Origin: Amoebidium appalachense
Taxonomy: Eukaryota; Protista; Ichthyosporea
Direction: 5' to 3'
Length of the DNA: 64,000 nt
Assembly: GCA_963693365.1 (NCBI GenBank)
Contig: CAVNZM010000010.1
Coordinates: forward strand, 2,852,001 to 2,916,000
Shown: positions 37,426 through 49,781 of the stretch, piece by piece
How positions within the stretch are numbered: position 1 is the stretch's first letter
How the letters are laid out: the number at the start of each line of letters is the position of its first letter
The notes under the pieces: model-generated
Databases searched by the model: none
What the model was told of the DNA's origin: nothing
Seen by the model: only the letters and a program-made list of their open reading frames with translations
Translations under genes and position numbers: made by a program

Positions 37426-39481
37426 ATGCCCCCTAATTTTTATAAGGATTCCACAGCTATGCCACGTCATGTCTTTGCCGCCTCTGATTTGTTTCCTGTT
37501 CCGGCCATTCCTGTGCCGGACCGTTCTGGACAAGCCCGTCTACGGAGTCAACGCCGTCGGCAACGTCTGTCTCACCGCCTGAAGGGGGTTACCTTGGCTA
37601 ACCGTTGTCTTGGTGCCCTCAACGAGCTGTGGGCAGGCGGCCCTTGCCCATTCCCGACCCGGTTGGTGAACAGTCCCCACCATGCCCTGTGGACCTTTGT
37701 CCTTAGGGCCAGCTACGATGCTATACGCGCGGGTGTCTATGACGCTCAGCCTGCGAGTAGTGTCTTGGCTGCGTTCCCCGCGGCCTACCCTGTATTGACA
37801 GGATGGCTACCTCTCACGGCGGCAAATGCCGCTTTGCCACCCCCTGGGGTTGGAGCCACAGTGGACGTGTTGCAGTTTTTGTCTCCTACGCTGCAGCCGT
37901 TTTTGGCCCACTGTGACGGCGGCCTTCTCAAGCCTGTTCCGCCGACGCCTGCAGAGCTGCGCCGCATCCGACCGGCGCATCACGTTCCCAGTGGGGAATA
38001 CGGTCCCCTGCTTCTTCGGCTTCAAGACTGCGGCATGGTGCACTATTTCGAGGCGAAGGAAAAACCACTGGCCATCAATGGGCTGTTTGGGGTCCCCCAA
38101 GACACCAGAGCCCGCGTCATTTTTGACGGCCGCCGTGGCAACCTGTTCTTTGCCCGTGATCATCCTGCCCTCCAGGTGCACCTGCCCAACCCTGCCGATT
38201 TTGCCGATCTGTTGCTGGGGCCTGAGGATTGCCTCTATTTTGGCAAGTCGGACATGGACAACCAGTTCCATCGTCTTCTTGCCCCCGAGTGGCTGTGGCG
38301 GTACTTCGGATTGCCGCCTGTGTCTTCGGAGGCTGTTGGCATTTCTGGGCCCGACCGGCTTGTGTACCCGGCCCTCAAGACCGTGCCCATGGGCTGGGTG
38401 CATTCTGTGCTTGTGGCTCAAGACGTCCATGGGCAGTTGGCTGACCGAGCCGGCATGCCCCGCATTGAGCGCCTCTGTGCGATAGTGCCGCGGACTGTGG
38501 AGGCCACGCAGCATGCCCTGTATGTGGACGACTGTGGCTGGGTCGGCACAGATGCCACCGCCATCAATCGTCAGCGTGAATCGTATCATGGCGTCACCGG
38601 CCCGGCTGGTCTTCCCTCCAATGTCAAGAAGGATGTGGCTGTGCTGGTTCGTCGTCCTCTATGGTGCTGCTAGGCCTGGAAATGCATCGCTCTGGGATAT
38701 TGCGCCCGTCTGGCGCTTCCTTGTGCCGTCTGGTCGCGGAAACCCAGGCCGTGTTGCGTCGTGGTGTCGTCACGCAGCTCCGTTTGCAGCAGTTGCTTGG
38801 TGGTTGGGTGTTGGCGGCACTGCTGCAGCGGCCGCTTTTGTCGGTTCTGAGTGCCGTCTACAGTTTTGTGGAGCAGCTGGGGGGTCGGGAACAGCCCCTT
38901 CCCCCGCCCGTGGTGTGGGAGCTTCAGGCGATGTGTGCTTTGGCCCCTTTGATGCGTTGTGATTTGCGTTCTGGGTTTGCTAGCACCATGTTCTGCACTG
39001 ATGCTTCCTTGTTGGGTGGTGCAGTGGTGTCCCGGGTGCTTCCAGCAACGCTTCTCCGCGAAGTGCTGCCTCACTGCAACCGGCGTGGCCACTACAGCCA
39101 GCTGTCTGGTCCTGTGCACGAGCCAAGCCCGTCCGCCCCCCGGCACCTATCCTGGCAGCTGTTGGTGGCCGCTGGACCACCAACATCAGTCATTGTTGGC
39201 GCCACTCCGACCACATCAACATTCTGGAGGGAGAAGCCTTGCTCCTGGGGCTTCGTCGATTAGGTCGGTCTACGGCTGCCCGGGGCTCCCGCTACCTTTG
39301 GGGCCTTGATTCGACGGCGCTGCTTGGGGCTGTTGCTAAGGGTCGTTCCGCATCCCGACGCCTTAACCGTGTATGCCGCCAGGTGGCTGCCTACACGCTT
39401 GCCCTCGACATTCGTTTGTATTGTGTGTGGCTGCCGTCAGCCCACAATCCTGCAGATGGTCCCTCGCGGTTTTCTGGCTGA
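37426..39481 (+). pseudogene. RT / RNase H ORF with two frameshifts (~38640, ~39138)
   Basis: KSDMDNQF, PMGW, YVDD; FCTDAS, HINILE, LDS, NPADGPSR. Confidence 0.9.
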
Positions 39482-40385
39482 CCAGGCCATAAAGCCCCCA
39501 ACCCTCAAGGCCTACCGGGATGCTGTTGTTGAGTTCCTGGATTGGTTGCCCCCTGGTACCGACACCAAGTCCCCCGCCGAACTGGACGACCTCCTGGTGG
39601 AGTATTTTGAGGAGTGTTATGCCATTGATCCATCGCGTGGCCAGCGTCAGCGCTGTGTCAACACAGCTGCCGGCATCAAGCATTTCATGCCACGCCTGGG
39701 CCCACACCTGCAGGCCGCCCAACGGAGCCTGCAGGGCTGGAACCGGCTTGTTCCAGCAAAGACCACGCCCCCGCTTCCGTTTTCATTGGTCCTCGTCATT
39801 GGCCATCATTTGTATTCCAAAATTGGCCCCTTGTTCGGTATTGCTGTTTTGCTTGGATTTGAGTGTTATTTTCGTGTCAGTGAGCTGCTTATGCTCACCC
39901 GTGCGGATCTTATTTTGCCCGACGACCCCGTTCCCCACGACATGCCACCCGGTACAGGCGGCATCCGCCTGGCCGACACCAAGACCGGTCCAAATCAGTT
40001 TGTCCCCATCACCGATCCGTCCCTGTTGGCCATCCTGTCTTTCTGGTTCCGTGGCGCCCCCCCTTCTGCGCGGCTGTTTCCTTTCTCGTATGATGTTCTG
40101 CGTGCCAAGTTCCAAGCGGCATGTGACTCCCTCGGCCTCAATGAGTATGGGTTCCATCTTCACAGTCTTCGCCATGGTGGTGCCTCGAGAGACTATGTCA
40201 GGGGTGTTTCAGTAGAGACGATTGCTCTGCGTGGTCGATGGAGATCGCATGCCTCCCTCCGCCGGTATGTGCAGGCCGGCCAGTCTCTTGTTCTTTCTAT
40301 TCGCGTGCCTGCGTTGCTCCTTGCCCGGGCTGCAGCGCTGCGTCAGTCACCCACGGCATGGTTCGTTCCTTCCCGTGCCAGGTAG
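39456..40385 (+). CDS. Tyrosine recombinase, intact, overlapping the RNase H end
   Basis: FRVSE, TKTG, HSLRHGGAS, GRW, RRY. Confidence 0.93.
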   Translation: MVPRGFLADQAIKPPTLKAYRDAVVEFLDWLPPGTDTKSPAELDDLLVEYFEECYAIDPSRGQRQRCVNTAAGIKHFMPRLGPHLQAAQRSLQGWNRLVPAKTTPPLPFSLVLVIGHHLYSKIGPLFGIAVLLGFECYFRVSELLMLTRADLILPDDPVPHDMPPGTGGIRLADTKTGPNQFVPITDPSLLAILSFWFRGAPPSARLFPFSYDVLRAKFQAACDSLGLNEYGFHLHSLRHGGASRDYVRGVSVETIALRGRWRSHASLRRYVQAGQSLVLSIRVPALLLARAAALRQSPTAWFVPSRAR

Positions 40386-42052
40386 GGAGTGGTGGAGCAC
40401 ACCTGTGCCTGCTTGTGAGATTGATCCACAGGCACCGGCTCATGTATCCCCTTGCTGGGGCTGGTAAAGACGACGTTGGCATAAGAATATTAAGTTTGTA
40501 AACGTGTTTTCTTTGCAGGAGAATTAGATAGCCCCGTTGGAGTGACATTGTGTGTTGCGAGTGTGCTGTAAACTTCGTGGTAGTATAATGCTGTAGGCCA
40601 TGGTGTGTTTGATGTGTGTGCAAAGTTTCAGGCTGCTAGCATTTTTATTTACGGAGCTGTAGCTGTTTTTATGTTCTGTGGGATATGCCATATGGATATA
40701 TTGATGAGTTTGAGTTATATCTAGTCCGAAATGGGCGGCAATCGATTTGGTCTTTATGATCTAGGGGTTTTAGCCACTTGTGAAAATTTTTCATTGGTTG
40801 ATGTGCAGCAAAAATTCCATTTTGGTAGATTTCATGGATTTGATAGGTTCTAAGTCATTTCTTCATATTTCCATAGGCAAAAATGTGGGCCGCGCTCTAT
40901 AATGAGCTTGCGCGGCCCCAGGGAGGTCAGTTGCGGCGCTACTGAGCGCGTTTAGGTCTCTTTAGGCCCAATTTTTTAGCTAAGTTTTTGCCCACCCACC
41001 ACACCCTTTGCCTATTTAGGCACTAGGCTACGTTTTTTGAGCATGTTTCTGTATGACATTTGTCATTCTTTTCATTGCTCCTGTGGAGCACACCTGTGCC
41101 TGCTTGTGAGATTGATCCACAGGCACCGGCTCATGTATCCCCTTGCTGGGGCTGGTAAAGACGACGTTGGCATAAGAAATGATATTGTTATGCTATAGTA
41201 TTGGATACATCTGGTTTTGCAGAAAAGGATACTGGAATGATATCGTACAATTATGTCACAACATCTCATAACGATATAGTCGTGGGACTTAACTAATATC
41301 TGAAAAGTAAAAAATACATATCGGAATGATATTGTTATGCTATAGTATTGGATACATCTGGATTTGCAGAAAAGGATATTGGAATGATATCGTACTATTA
41401 TGTCACAACATCTCAGAATGATAACGTTGTGGATACTGTCCTAATATCGGAAAGGGGTATAAAAATAATCAAGATATCCGAAAGGGCCTATTTAGATATT
41501 GTGGAGGTATATGAGGATAGTATATCTCTGTGATATCCAAAAAAGTTCTTTCATATCCATTTGGTATCCATTTTTCATCCGGAAAAAAACAGATATATTC
41601 AGTTTTTCAGAAAATTTTATGATAACTATCTAATATCATTTAGATAAATGTTGACTATCTCAAAAGATATGTAATTGAATGCCGGATGGCATAGAACGAT
41701 ATTAGACTAATATCTGTTTTGGAATTTCGGTATCTATGATATCATAAATGTTTTTTGGATGGGGGTCGTCCTTTGCTGATGTACAGCACACTCGCAACAC
41801 ACAATTTCACTCCAACGGGGCTATCTAATTCTCCTGCAAAGAAAACACGTTTACAAACTTAATATTCTAAAGCAGCAGAGTTTGCGCTCGTTTCTACTAG
41901 AAAAAAGCGCGCTTTGTTCTTTAGCTATTGGGGCGGTAGATTCACCGCCCGCTACAGAAATTTTACCGCGCTCATAATCAGATCGACAAAAAAGAAAAGA
42001 GATCGAAATGCGGAAATTAGGCCCCCGAGCGTTAGCGCAAGTTGGCGCTATG

Positions 42053-44737
42053 GGTGTCCCAGGTGCCTCCAGCACCGCTTCTCTGCCAAGTGCTGCCTTA
42101 CTGCAGCCGGCGTGGCCACTACAGCCAGCTGTCCGGTCCCGTGCACGAGCCAAGCCCACCAGCCCCCCCAGCACCACTCTTGGCAGCTGTTGGTGGTCGG
42201 TGGACAACCAACATCAGCCATAGTTGGCGTCACTCCGACCACATCAACATTCTGGAGGGAGAAGCACTGCTCCTGGGGCTTCGTCGATTAGGTAGGTCTA
42301 CGGCTGCCCTGCTACCTTTGGGGCCTTGATTTGACGGCGCTGCTTGGGGCTGTTGCTAAGCATCCGACACCTTAACCGTGTATCATCCAGGTGGGCTGCC
42401 TACACGTTTGCCCTGGACATTTGTTTGTATTGTGTGTGGCTGCCGTCAGCTTACAACCCTGGCAGATGGTCCCTCGCGGTTTTCTGGCTGACCAGGCCTA
42501 AAACCCCCAGCCCTCAAGGCCTACCGGGATGCTGTTGTTGAGTTCCTGGATTGGTTGCCTCCTGGCACCCACACCAATTCCCCCGCCAAGATGGACGACC
42601 TACTGGTGGAGTATTTTGAGGAGTGTTATGCCATTGATCCATCGCGTGGCCAGCCGTCAGCGCTGTGTCAACACAGCTGCCGGCATCAAGCATTTCATGC
42701 CACGTTTTGGTCCGCACCTGCACGCCGCCCAACGAAGCCTGCAGGGTTGGAACCGGCTTGTTCCAGCAAAGACCCCGCCCCCGCTTCCGTTCTCATTGGC
42801 CCTTGTCATTGGCCATCATTTGTATTCAAAAATCGGCCCCTTGTTTGGTATTGCTGTTTTGCTAGGGTTTGGGTGTTATTTTCGGGTCAGTGAGCTGCTT
42901 ATGCTCACCCGCGTGGATCTTGTTTTGTCTGACGACCCAGTTCCCCACAACATGCCACCCGGTACGGGCTGCATCCGCCTGGCCGACACTAAGACCGACC
43001 CAATTCAGTTTGTCCTCATCACCGATCCGTCCCTGTTAGCCATGCTGTCTTTCTGGTCTTATGGTGCTCCCCCTTCTGCGCGGCCGCTGTTCCTTTCTCG
43101 TATCGGATGTTCTTGTGCCGTCACTCTTTACTCGCCCCAGCAGGGGGATAGATTACTTGCAGTGTCGTGTGTAGGTGCCTAGGCTGCACACACAAACACA
43201 TGTGCTCTCCAAGGAGACACATTTTAGATGGCAGGCCATCACCACAGCATATGGCTCACAACATCCGATTGGCTACAGGGGAATGTAAAGACCAAATATG
43301 GCTACACTTAAACAGGACCAATCATTGCACTTACATTTACGTACAGAGAACTGATTGGCTAAGCCATACCTAGAGACTAACCAATCGGAATGCAAAGTAG
43401 CTGGCAGTTCGAATTCCACATGTCACTTCGTCGTTGTGGCTGCGGCCGTTCCTCAAAGAAAACCCGTTTAAAAACGGACCATTCTTGTGCCGTCACTCTT
43501 TACTCGCCCCAGCAAGGGGATAGATTACTTGCAGTGTCGTGTGTAGGTGCCTAGGCTGCACACACAAACACATGTGCTCTCCACACCTCCCATGCTGGCG
43601 CAATGCAAATGGCGCCGTAACAAAAATGTTTGCAAATAAACAGGCAGAGCGGACAACTGGTTGGAACGCTCGCATGCTGAGTGTTAACCCGCGCGTACAG
43701 AACCAAACAGCCGCCCAGGGACTGAAGAGTAGAGGGCGAGGACGGCTAAGGAGACGTCCCAAAACGAAAATAGGTTGCCAAAAGGCAGGCCAGGGCCGAA
43801 ACGTGTGGGGGGGCAGAGCGTCAGAGTGGCGGAACAAGAGTTGTGAAGCCAACATCATGGCCATTGCCAGAAGTCAGTTTAAGCCAGCAAGGGACCAGGC
43901 GGACAGCTGTGTCGAGGGGCAGTGCTGCACGTGAAGAGCCGCGACGCCATGGCAGCATAAACGGTGTAAAACAAAATACTTAACTAGAGAAAACAACCGT
44001 TTACGGGCCTCAGGAGGCCCTGCCAACTTGCTAGACTAAGGACACATTCTGCTCAGGAGCAGTGCCAGCGACTGAGAGGCCTACGAATCTGCGGGCTAGC
44101 GGTTTATGTATATATACACGCAGGATATGGCTCACAACATCCGATTGGCTACAGGGGAATGTAAAGACCAAATATGGCTACACTTAAACAGGACCAATCA
44201 TTGCACTTACATTTACGTACAGAGAACTGATTGGCTAAGCCATACCTAGAGACTAACCAATCGGAATGCAAAGTAGCTGGCAGTTCGAATTCCACATGTC
44301 ACTTCGTCGTCGTGGCTGCGGCCGTTCGTCAAAGAAAACTCGTTTAAAAACGAACCATATTGCGTGCCAAGCTCCAAGCAGCATACGAATCCCTCGGCCT
44401 CAACGAGTATGGGTTCCATCTACACAGTCTTCGCCATGGTGGTACCTCGAGTGACTATGTCAGGGGTGTTTCGGTGGAGACGATTGCTCTGCGTGGTCGG
44501 TGGAGATAGCATGCCTCCCTCCGCCGATATGTGCAGGCCGGCCAGTCTCTTGTTCTTTCTGTTCGGGTGCCGGTGTCGTTCCTTCAAAATGCCCGCACTG
44601 CAGCGCTACATCAGTCACCCACGGCATGGTTCGTTCCTTCCCGTGCCAGATAGGGAGTGGTGGAGCACACCTGTGCCTGCTTGCGAGATTGATTCACAGA
44701 CACCGGCTCATGTATCCCATTGCTGGGGCTCGTAAAG
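42053..44737 (+). pseudogene. Older degenerate family-A RNase H/YR/B1 segment; continues 12152-12186 and is interrupted by family C at 43110-44358
   Basis: Collinear with 39027-40470 with many substitutions and indels. Confidence 0.85.
43110..44358 (-). mobile_element. Non-autonomous split-direct-repeat element (family C), ~1.25 kb, no coding capacity
   Basis: A1 ~43975-44358, B1 ~43482-43585, partly deleted A2 ~43250-43481, B2 43110-43210; inserted at GATGTTCTGCG of a YR gene. Confidence 0.8.
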
Positions 44738-44833
44738 TGCAAATCAATGATCCGTGCAAACGCGCAGTGAACGTTGTGAAATTGACGTATACTAATCCGT
44801 CTCAGCAGATCATCCTAAGTCAACGATCAAGAT

Positions 44834-44882
<49 letters not shown>

Positions 44883-45690
44883 GGCCCGGGTCCACAGGTC
44901 ATCATGATCAAGTCCGGGGCCTCAAGATCAGTTGTACGGCTGCGCCCATCTTGTCTCTGCAGGCGCAGGGCAGGACCACGTCAGCCTGGAGCAGCCGACC
45001 AATAGGATTAGTAATAGTGTATAGGATAGATCTTAGGAGGACTTAGGAATGCAATAAGTTTGGGCAGATGCCCTGATAAATATTGGCGATTTCTGATAGT
45101 GTATTCTGCCAAACGTATATATATATATATATTGATGTACAGGAAGGAGTAGAGAGGGGAGGGGGGGGGGGGGATAGAATGAAATGTAGACTTAGACTCC
45201 GCGGTGCCACTAGGGGGAGGGAGAGGGAAGAGACAAAGATATGTATATTAGAGTGAGCCGATAGACTTAGCTCGTGCAGGCGCACGATAAAATTTATTAG
45301 ATCGGAATGAATGGAATGTGGCATCGTGGGGGGGCCGGGTGATGATGATCTTTGGGGGCACGGCCTCGATGGCCGCAGTTGTGACTTAGCTTGGTTCCGT
45401 TTGGATCTCAGGTTGCCCGTCGGAGCCCGGCCTAGAATAAACTTTGCAGTTTTCTCGTATACGTTCGTTCCTTTCCGTGTGTGTACACTTAGAAGAGTGC
45501 CGCGTCTTTTATTACACACATGTTAGGATATGACAAGCTACACCTTTGCTTTTAGTGCGGTTTTTCGCGCTAGTTTACACGCGGTGACAGTTCCTTCTGG
45601 GCTGTTGCTACACCTTAGAAAAACAACGGAAAAAAAAACAAAAAAAAACACAAAACACACACACAACAATGGTAGGGCACACACAACACC

Positions 45691-46814
45691 ATGGCGCACT
45701 TTAACGTAGATATGTTCTATGCGCTGGCAGCGGAGGATAGCTCCCTGCACACACAAATCCCACAGGTTCACACAATAGACGTGAGACATACAACAGCGTT
45801 TAGTTTCACACTCAAACACGACTCAGAGATACCACGTTGGCTCCGCACACTCGTAGCCAACACACCCACACTAGTAATAGATGCCAAGAAGGCCCCTACA
45901 GGGCGGCCTCTTGCCTCATGATAAAACAGTGCATAGACCACAAAACCATGGCCGACCTGTGCACCCTCATGGAGGAGCACCCTTACAGGGCCGAGCAGGC
46001 ACCACAGGTAGTCACGACTGCTCAAATATACGAGCAGCAGTACGACGAGGAACGCGACGAGATGGTGATCCGTACGCTCGGCCAGAAACGTCTGGCAGCA
46101 CGGTTCATTCCCGACGACGAGGACGAGAACAAGACCGCGACGTTGATAGTGAGCTCGAGGCCTTGACCCGGCCCGAGAACGAGCTCGAGTACACGGCCAG
46201 GCTCGTCAACCGTTACTTGACGGCCCGGACCGGCGCTGCACGTTCCGCGCCCAGCTCCGTGAATGGAAGTATACCTTTCCCACTTTAGACATGTCCCCTG
46301 TTGAAGCTCGTGCATTCTTTGAAAGGGAGTATAGGGTCTTTAGAGACCTTTGCGAGTTGGCTGATGACGTGAGTGCTAGGGAAAAGTTTGAGTTTGCACG
46401 TAAGGCTCTCTCTGTGAACACAGACACTGCACATATGTTTGGGGAGCATGATGATGTTGACGAGGTGGTGTTGCATATTAAACGTCACTTGCTTGCTATG
46501 CATGAGGTGAAGTTTAACAAGAGGGATAGACAGAAGAAGGTGATGGAGGTGGATAAGAAGAAGGAGTGTGGAAAGAAAGGGGAAAAGGAAGAAGAAAAAG
46601 AGGGTTTGGTGCTGGTGGTGAGAGAGGCCAAGGGGGGCAGGGGGGAAGGGGGGGGCGTGGTGCACACGGTGGGCCCCCCCAGCACGACCGGGCTCCCGGT
46701 TATGCTTTGCGTCAAGGTTATGAAGTTCCCCTTGGCCCTTTCTTTGGTGCATGTTATTTTTGTGGCCGGCAAGGGTACTCTCCTGCATATTGTCGTAGCT
46801 ACCAAGGCTATTGA
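45691..46814 (+). pseudogene. Frameshifted gag with degenerate zinc knuckle
   Basis: CYFCGRQGYSPAYC (CX2CX4HX4C with H to Y). Confidence 0.65.
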
Positions 46815-47379
46815 GTTTCGGGGGAGGGGGAAGCTGGGGTCACGGAGGGAGGGGGGGGGGATAGTATCGGTCCTCCCCAGGTTGCAGAGGACCTTCACCC
46901 TCTCCCACCCCAGGTTGAGCTTCCCTTTGCCCCCTCACCGCCCCGATACGTGTGGGAGCCGGGCATCGTCGTGGGTCCTCAAGACAGCGTCGAGGTGGTA
47001 TGGCATGAATGTTTGTGGGGTGATTCTCCAAAAGGTATGAATGGTGTGAATGTTTTGTGGTTGGGGGAGGTTCCCCAGCCACAAGTGGATGGTCTCAGTG
47101 TTTCTTGTTGTCCCAGCCCGGTGTTTGCTCTAACCACACCGGAGGGGGTTTCTGTGCCATTGTTTCCGGAAGGGGGGGGGACACACACGAGTAAGGGGGG
47201 AAGGGGGGGGAAGGCACAGACACGTAGAAACACACCACCACCACAACACACGACGGTTGCAGACACACATACACCCACACACACACCACCCACCCACACA
47301 CCCACACACCTTCCACCACCACCCACGTCACACTACACCCCACCCCACCCGTGCAGGCACCACAGGTAGGTATGCTTCA

Positions 47380-49743
47380 GGTAGGTGTCGAAGGTGTGAG
47401 TCTTCGTGGGCAGGGTCTGGGTGTGAGTGATGATGTGTTGCTCGAATTGGAGGAGGATTTAGTTGGTTTTAGCCGGCATTATATAGACGTATGGTTAGCC
47501 GATGGTAAGTTGAAGGCTGTTGCTTTGCTCGATGGAGGGGCTCAGGTTAATTGTGTGCATGCTTCGTTTATTCGTCGTTTTAATCAGGCTGGGGGGGAGA
47601 TTCCAATTTTAGATGCTTCTAGCACGGCCTTAGGTAGTGCTAATAATAGTAGTATGTCTGTTGAAGGTGTTTGTGTGTTGCCGTGTGAAATAGGTGGCCA
47701 GGATATGCATATTGCTTGTTATGTGGTTAAGGATTTAGCTCAAAGTGTTTTGTTGGGAGCCCCATTTTTTGTAGACATGTGAATGCTTTGTTTGAACGTA
47801 CGAATCTTTTAGAGTTGCAGTCCGGCGTTAAATTTAAAACCCACGATGGGCTCGACGGTTATCAGTCCGGTGCTAGAACGGTAGTTGAAGTAGTAATTGA
47901 GCCTTATCAGTGCCAAACGGTACGTGTCCGGGCCAGCAATCATGTTAGGATCTGGGATTTAGGGGTTTTTACTCCGAAATCCCCATTTCAGGAGGTGGCT
48001 CAATGGACCCTTAGTAGGGTATGGCCGGATAAGACGATAGAAATAGACTTAGTGAATCAGGGCATCGAGCCCATAGTGATTAGGTCAGGTGTTTCCGTCG
48101 GTAGTTTCACTAATGAGATTGGTAGTATAGAGGTCTCTCTTATTACCCAAAAGGAGGATGCCGGCTCGAAGGGTGACTCAGGAGGGGGGGGAACAACTTT
48201 ACTTAATGATAGCCACCAAAATTTCACCCGACACGATGGGGGGGGGGGGGACCGGGACACCACCGGTCCCACTCCCCCGATCCCCAAGAGGAAGGAGGGT
48301 CACCCCGGGTGTGAGAATGTGCAGGCAGGGGGGGGGGGGGGGGGGGGGGTGTTGGTCTAACCTGTGGATCTGCCGGGTTAACCAACACCGTGGGGGGCAG
48401 GGTGGCCACAGACCTGGCCCCCCACATACATGCACTAACTCATCAGGAATTGCCCGGGGGCATTGGTATGCCGGGGGGAGGGGGGGGTGCTAATGGTGAA
48501 TGCCTATACCCGGAGGTACCCCAAACTAACCCCGTGCAGCACCGATGTGATACAGGAGATGAAATGTTAAGTGGCATTCCGTGAATAAGGATGCATCCGC
48601 TTGTGATGGGGGTAGCCCGGAGTTAGTATTGTCGTTTGGTATGAAGGAGGTGGATTGGACGGTGGAGCAGAAAAAATTATTAGCTAAGTTATTTGATAGG
48701 ACACGGTTTGCATTTCTTGCCGATGATAACGAAGTAGGCTTCGTTAAAGGGTTTGAAATGCAGATCGACACAGGTGATAATAGGCCGGTAGTTATGTCTA
48801 GCTATAGATTGGAGCAGTATAAGTTGTCCGATGCGCTAATTATAGTGAATGATATGTTAAAAAATGGTCATGTGGGGCATAGTTCGAGTCCGTGGAGAAG
48901 CCCGGTGCTATTGGTTAAGAAGCCCGACGGGTCTTGGCGTCTAGTGAACGATTTCGGGGCTCTGAATCGGGTCACAAAGGCAGACCAATGGCCTCTCCCT
49001 AACATAGACGAGCAGCTTTCATTGTTGCACGGCTATACTCACTTTGCCCCGGGAGCAGCTACTAACCCGGGCCCGGGCTGCACGTGATGCAGCTCTGGCC
49101 CGTACACAGCAGGCACAGGCACGTGCAGACGTGTCCACACGTCCGTTACGTGAATTGGCCGAGGGTACTTTAGTTTTAATTAGGGATCATACTAGGAAAA
49201 AGAGATATAAGCAGGAGCAGGAAGGTAAGGGTGAAGGCGAAGGTCTTCGTAAGTATGGTAAGAAATGGTTGCCTCTTTTCATTGGTCCGTATAAAATAGT
49301 GGCTAGGTTAGGTCCGACGGAATATAACTTGAAGGTGCAGAGGTTAGATAATGAGAGTGATGTTAGATTTTATAATGTAGATGATATAAAGGAATATTAT
49401 GATAGGGCCCTTAGGGTAAAACGGCCGGAGGGCCGTCGAGTGTTAGATGCATTCACCCCCGACTATGACGGGTCGGTGGATGTATCGGAGGCTGTAGTAG
49501 ATAAAATTATGGATAAAAAGGTTATCGAAGGTAAGGAAGGTAAGGTAAATTATTATTTAATTCGTTTTGAGGGAGGTTATCAGGAAGATCAGTGGTTGCC
49601 TGAGTTTCATTTGGATTGCCTGTTTTCTATTCGTGCTTATGAGGCTAGATTAGTGCAGAGGGAGTTGCCTAGTGCTCCCTCTAGGCCGAAGAGAGTTATT
49701 CCTCAGTTTAATCGTGGTGTGAAAAAGTCGGTGGGGGAGGGGG

Positions 49744-49781
<38 letters not shown>

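Larger units (their letters stand above)
35562..41177 (+). mobile_element. Structurally complete family-A DIRS-order (PAT/Ngaro-type) retrotransposon, 5.6 kb
   Basis: A1 35562-36065, B1 40392-40486, A2 40487-40990, B2 41083-41177; no TSD, flanks rejoin CATATCGG|AATGATATTG. Confidence 0.95.
34525..41420. repeat. 147-bp tandem array (about 8-9 units), right subterminal region of the 28.7-kb element, interrupted by the complete family-A copy
   Basis: GGAATGATATTGTTATG at 34672, 34819, 34966, 35113, 35260, 35413, (35560), resuming at 41178 and 41323. Confidence 0.92.
13093..41781. mobile_element. 28.7-kb TIR DNA transposon (CATCAGCAA family, putative Plavaka/CMC type), no transposase visible, ~18 kb of nested retroelements
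   Basis: 12-bp perfect TIR CATCAGCAAAGG...CCTTTGCTGATG (about 27 bp imperfect); TA duplication (13091-92, 41782-83); flanks reconstitute an A repeat; GATAT-rich subterminal regions. Confidence 0.85.
12187..42052. mobile_element. Small (~480 bp native) non-coding insertion with weak inverted ends (12187-12482 + 41867-42052), expanded by nested insertions
   Basis: Flanks GGTGCAGT (12186) and GGTGTCCC (42053) rejoin the RNase H sequence GGTGCAGTGGTGTCCC; ends CATCTGGCCCAAACCCGCTAA vs reverse complement CATAGCGCCAACTTGCGCTAA; no clear TSD. Confidence 0.6.

Noticed and set aside
39130-39142. Programmed frameshift in RNase H (C6 run in two copies)
   Set aside because: Two other copies (~8440, ~42163) have C7 and read in frame; homopolymer error or shared mutation is simpler
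36148-40175. Long antisense and alternative-frame ORFs over retroelement genes
   Set aside because: Expected in GC-rich coding sequence; no motifs; recur only because the element is repeated
47779-48150. Possible dUTPase after the gypsy protease
   Set aside because: Beta-rich spacer without recognisable dUTPase catalytic motifs
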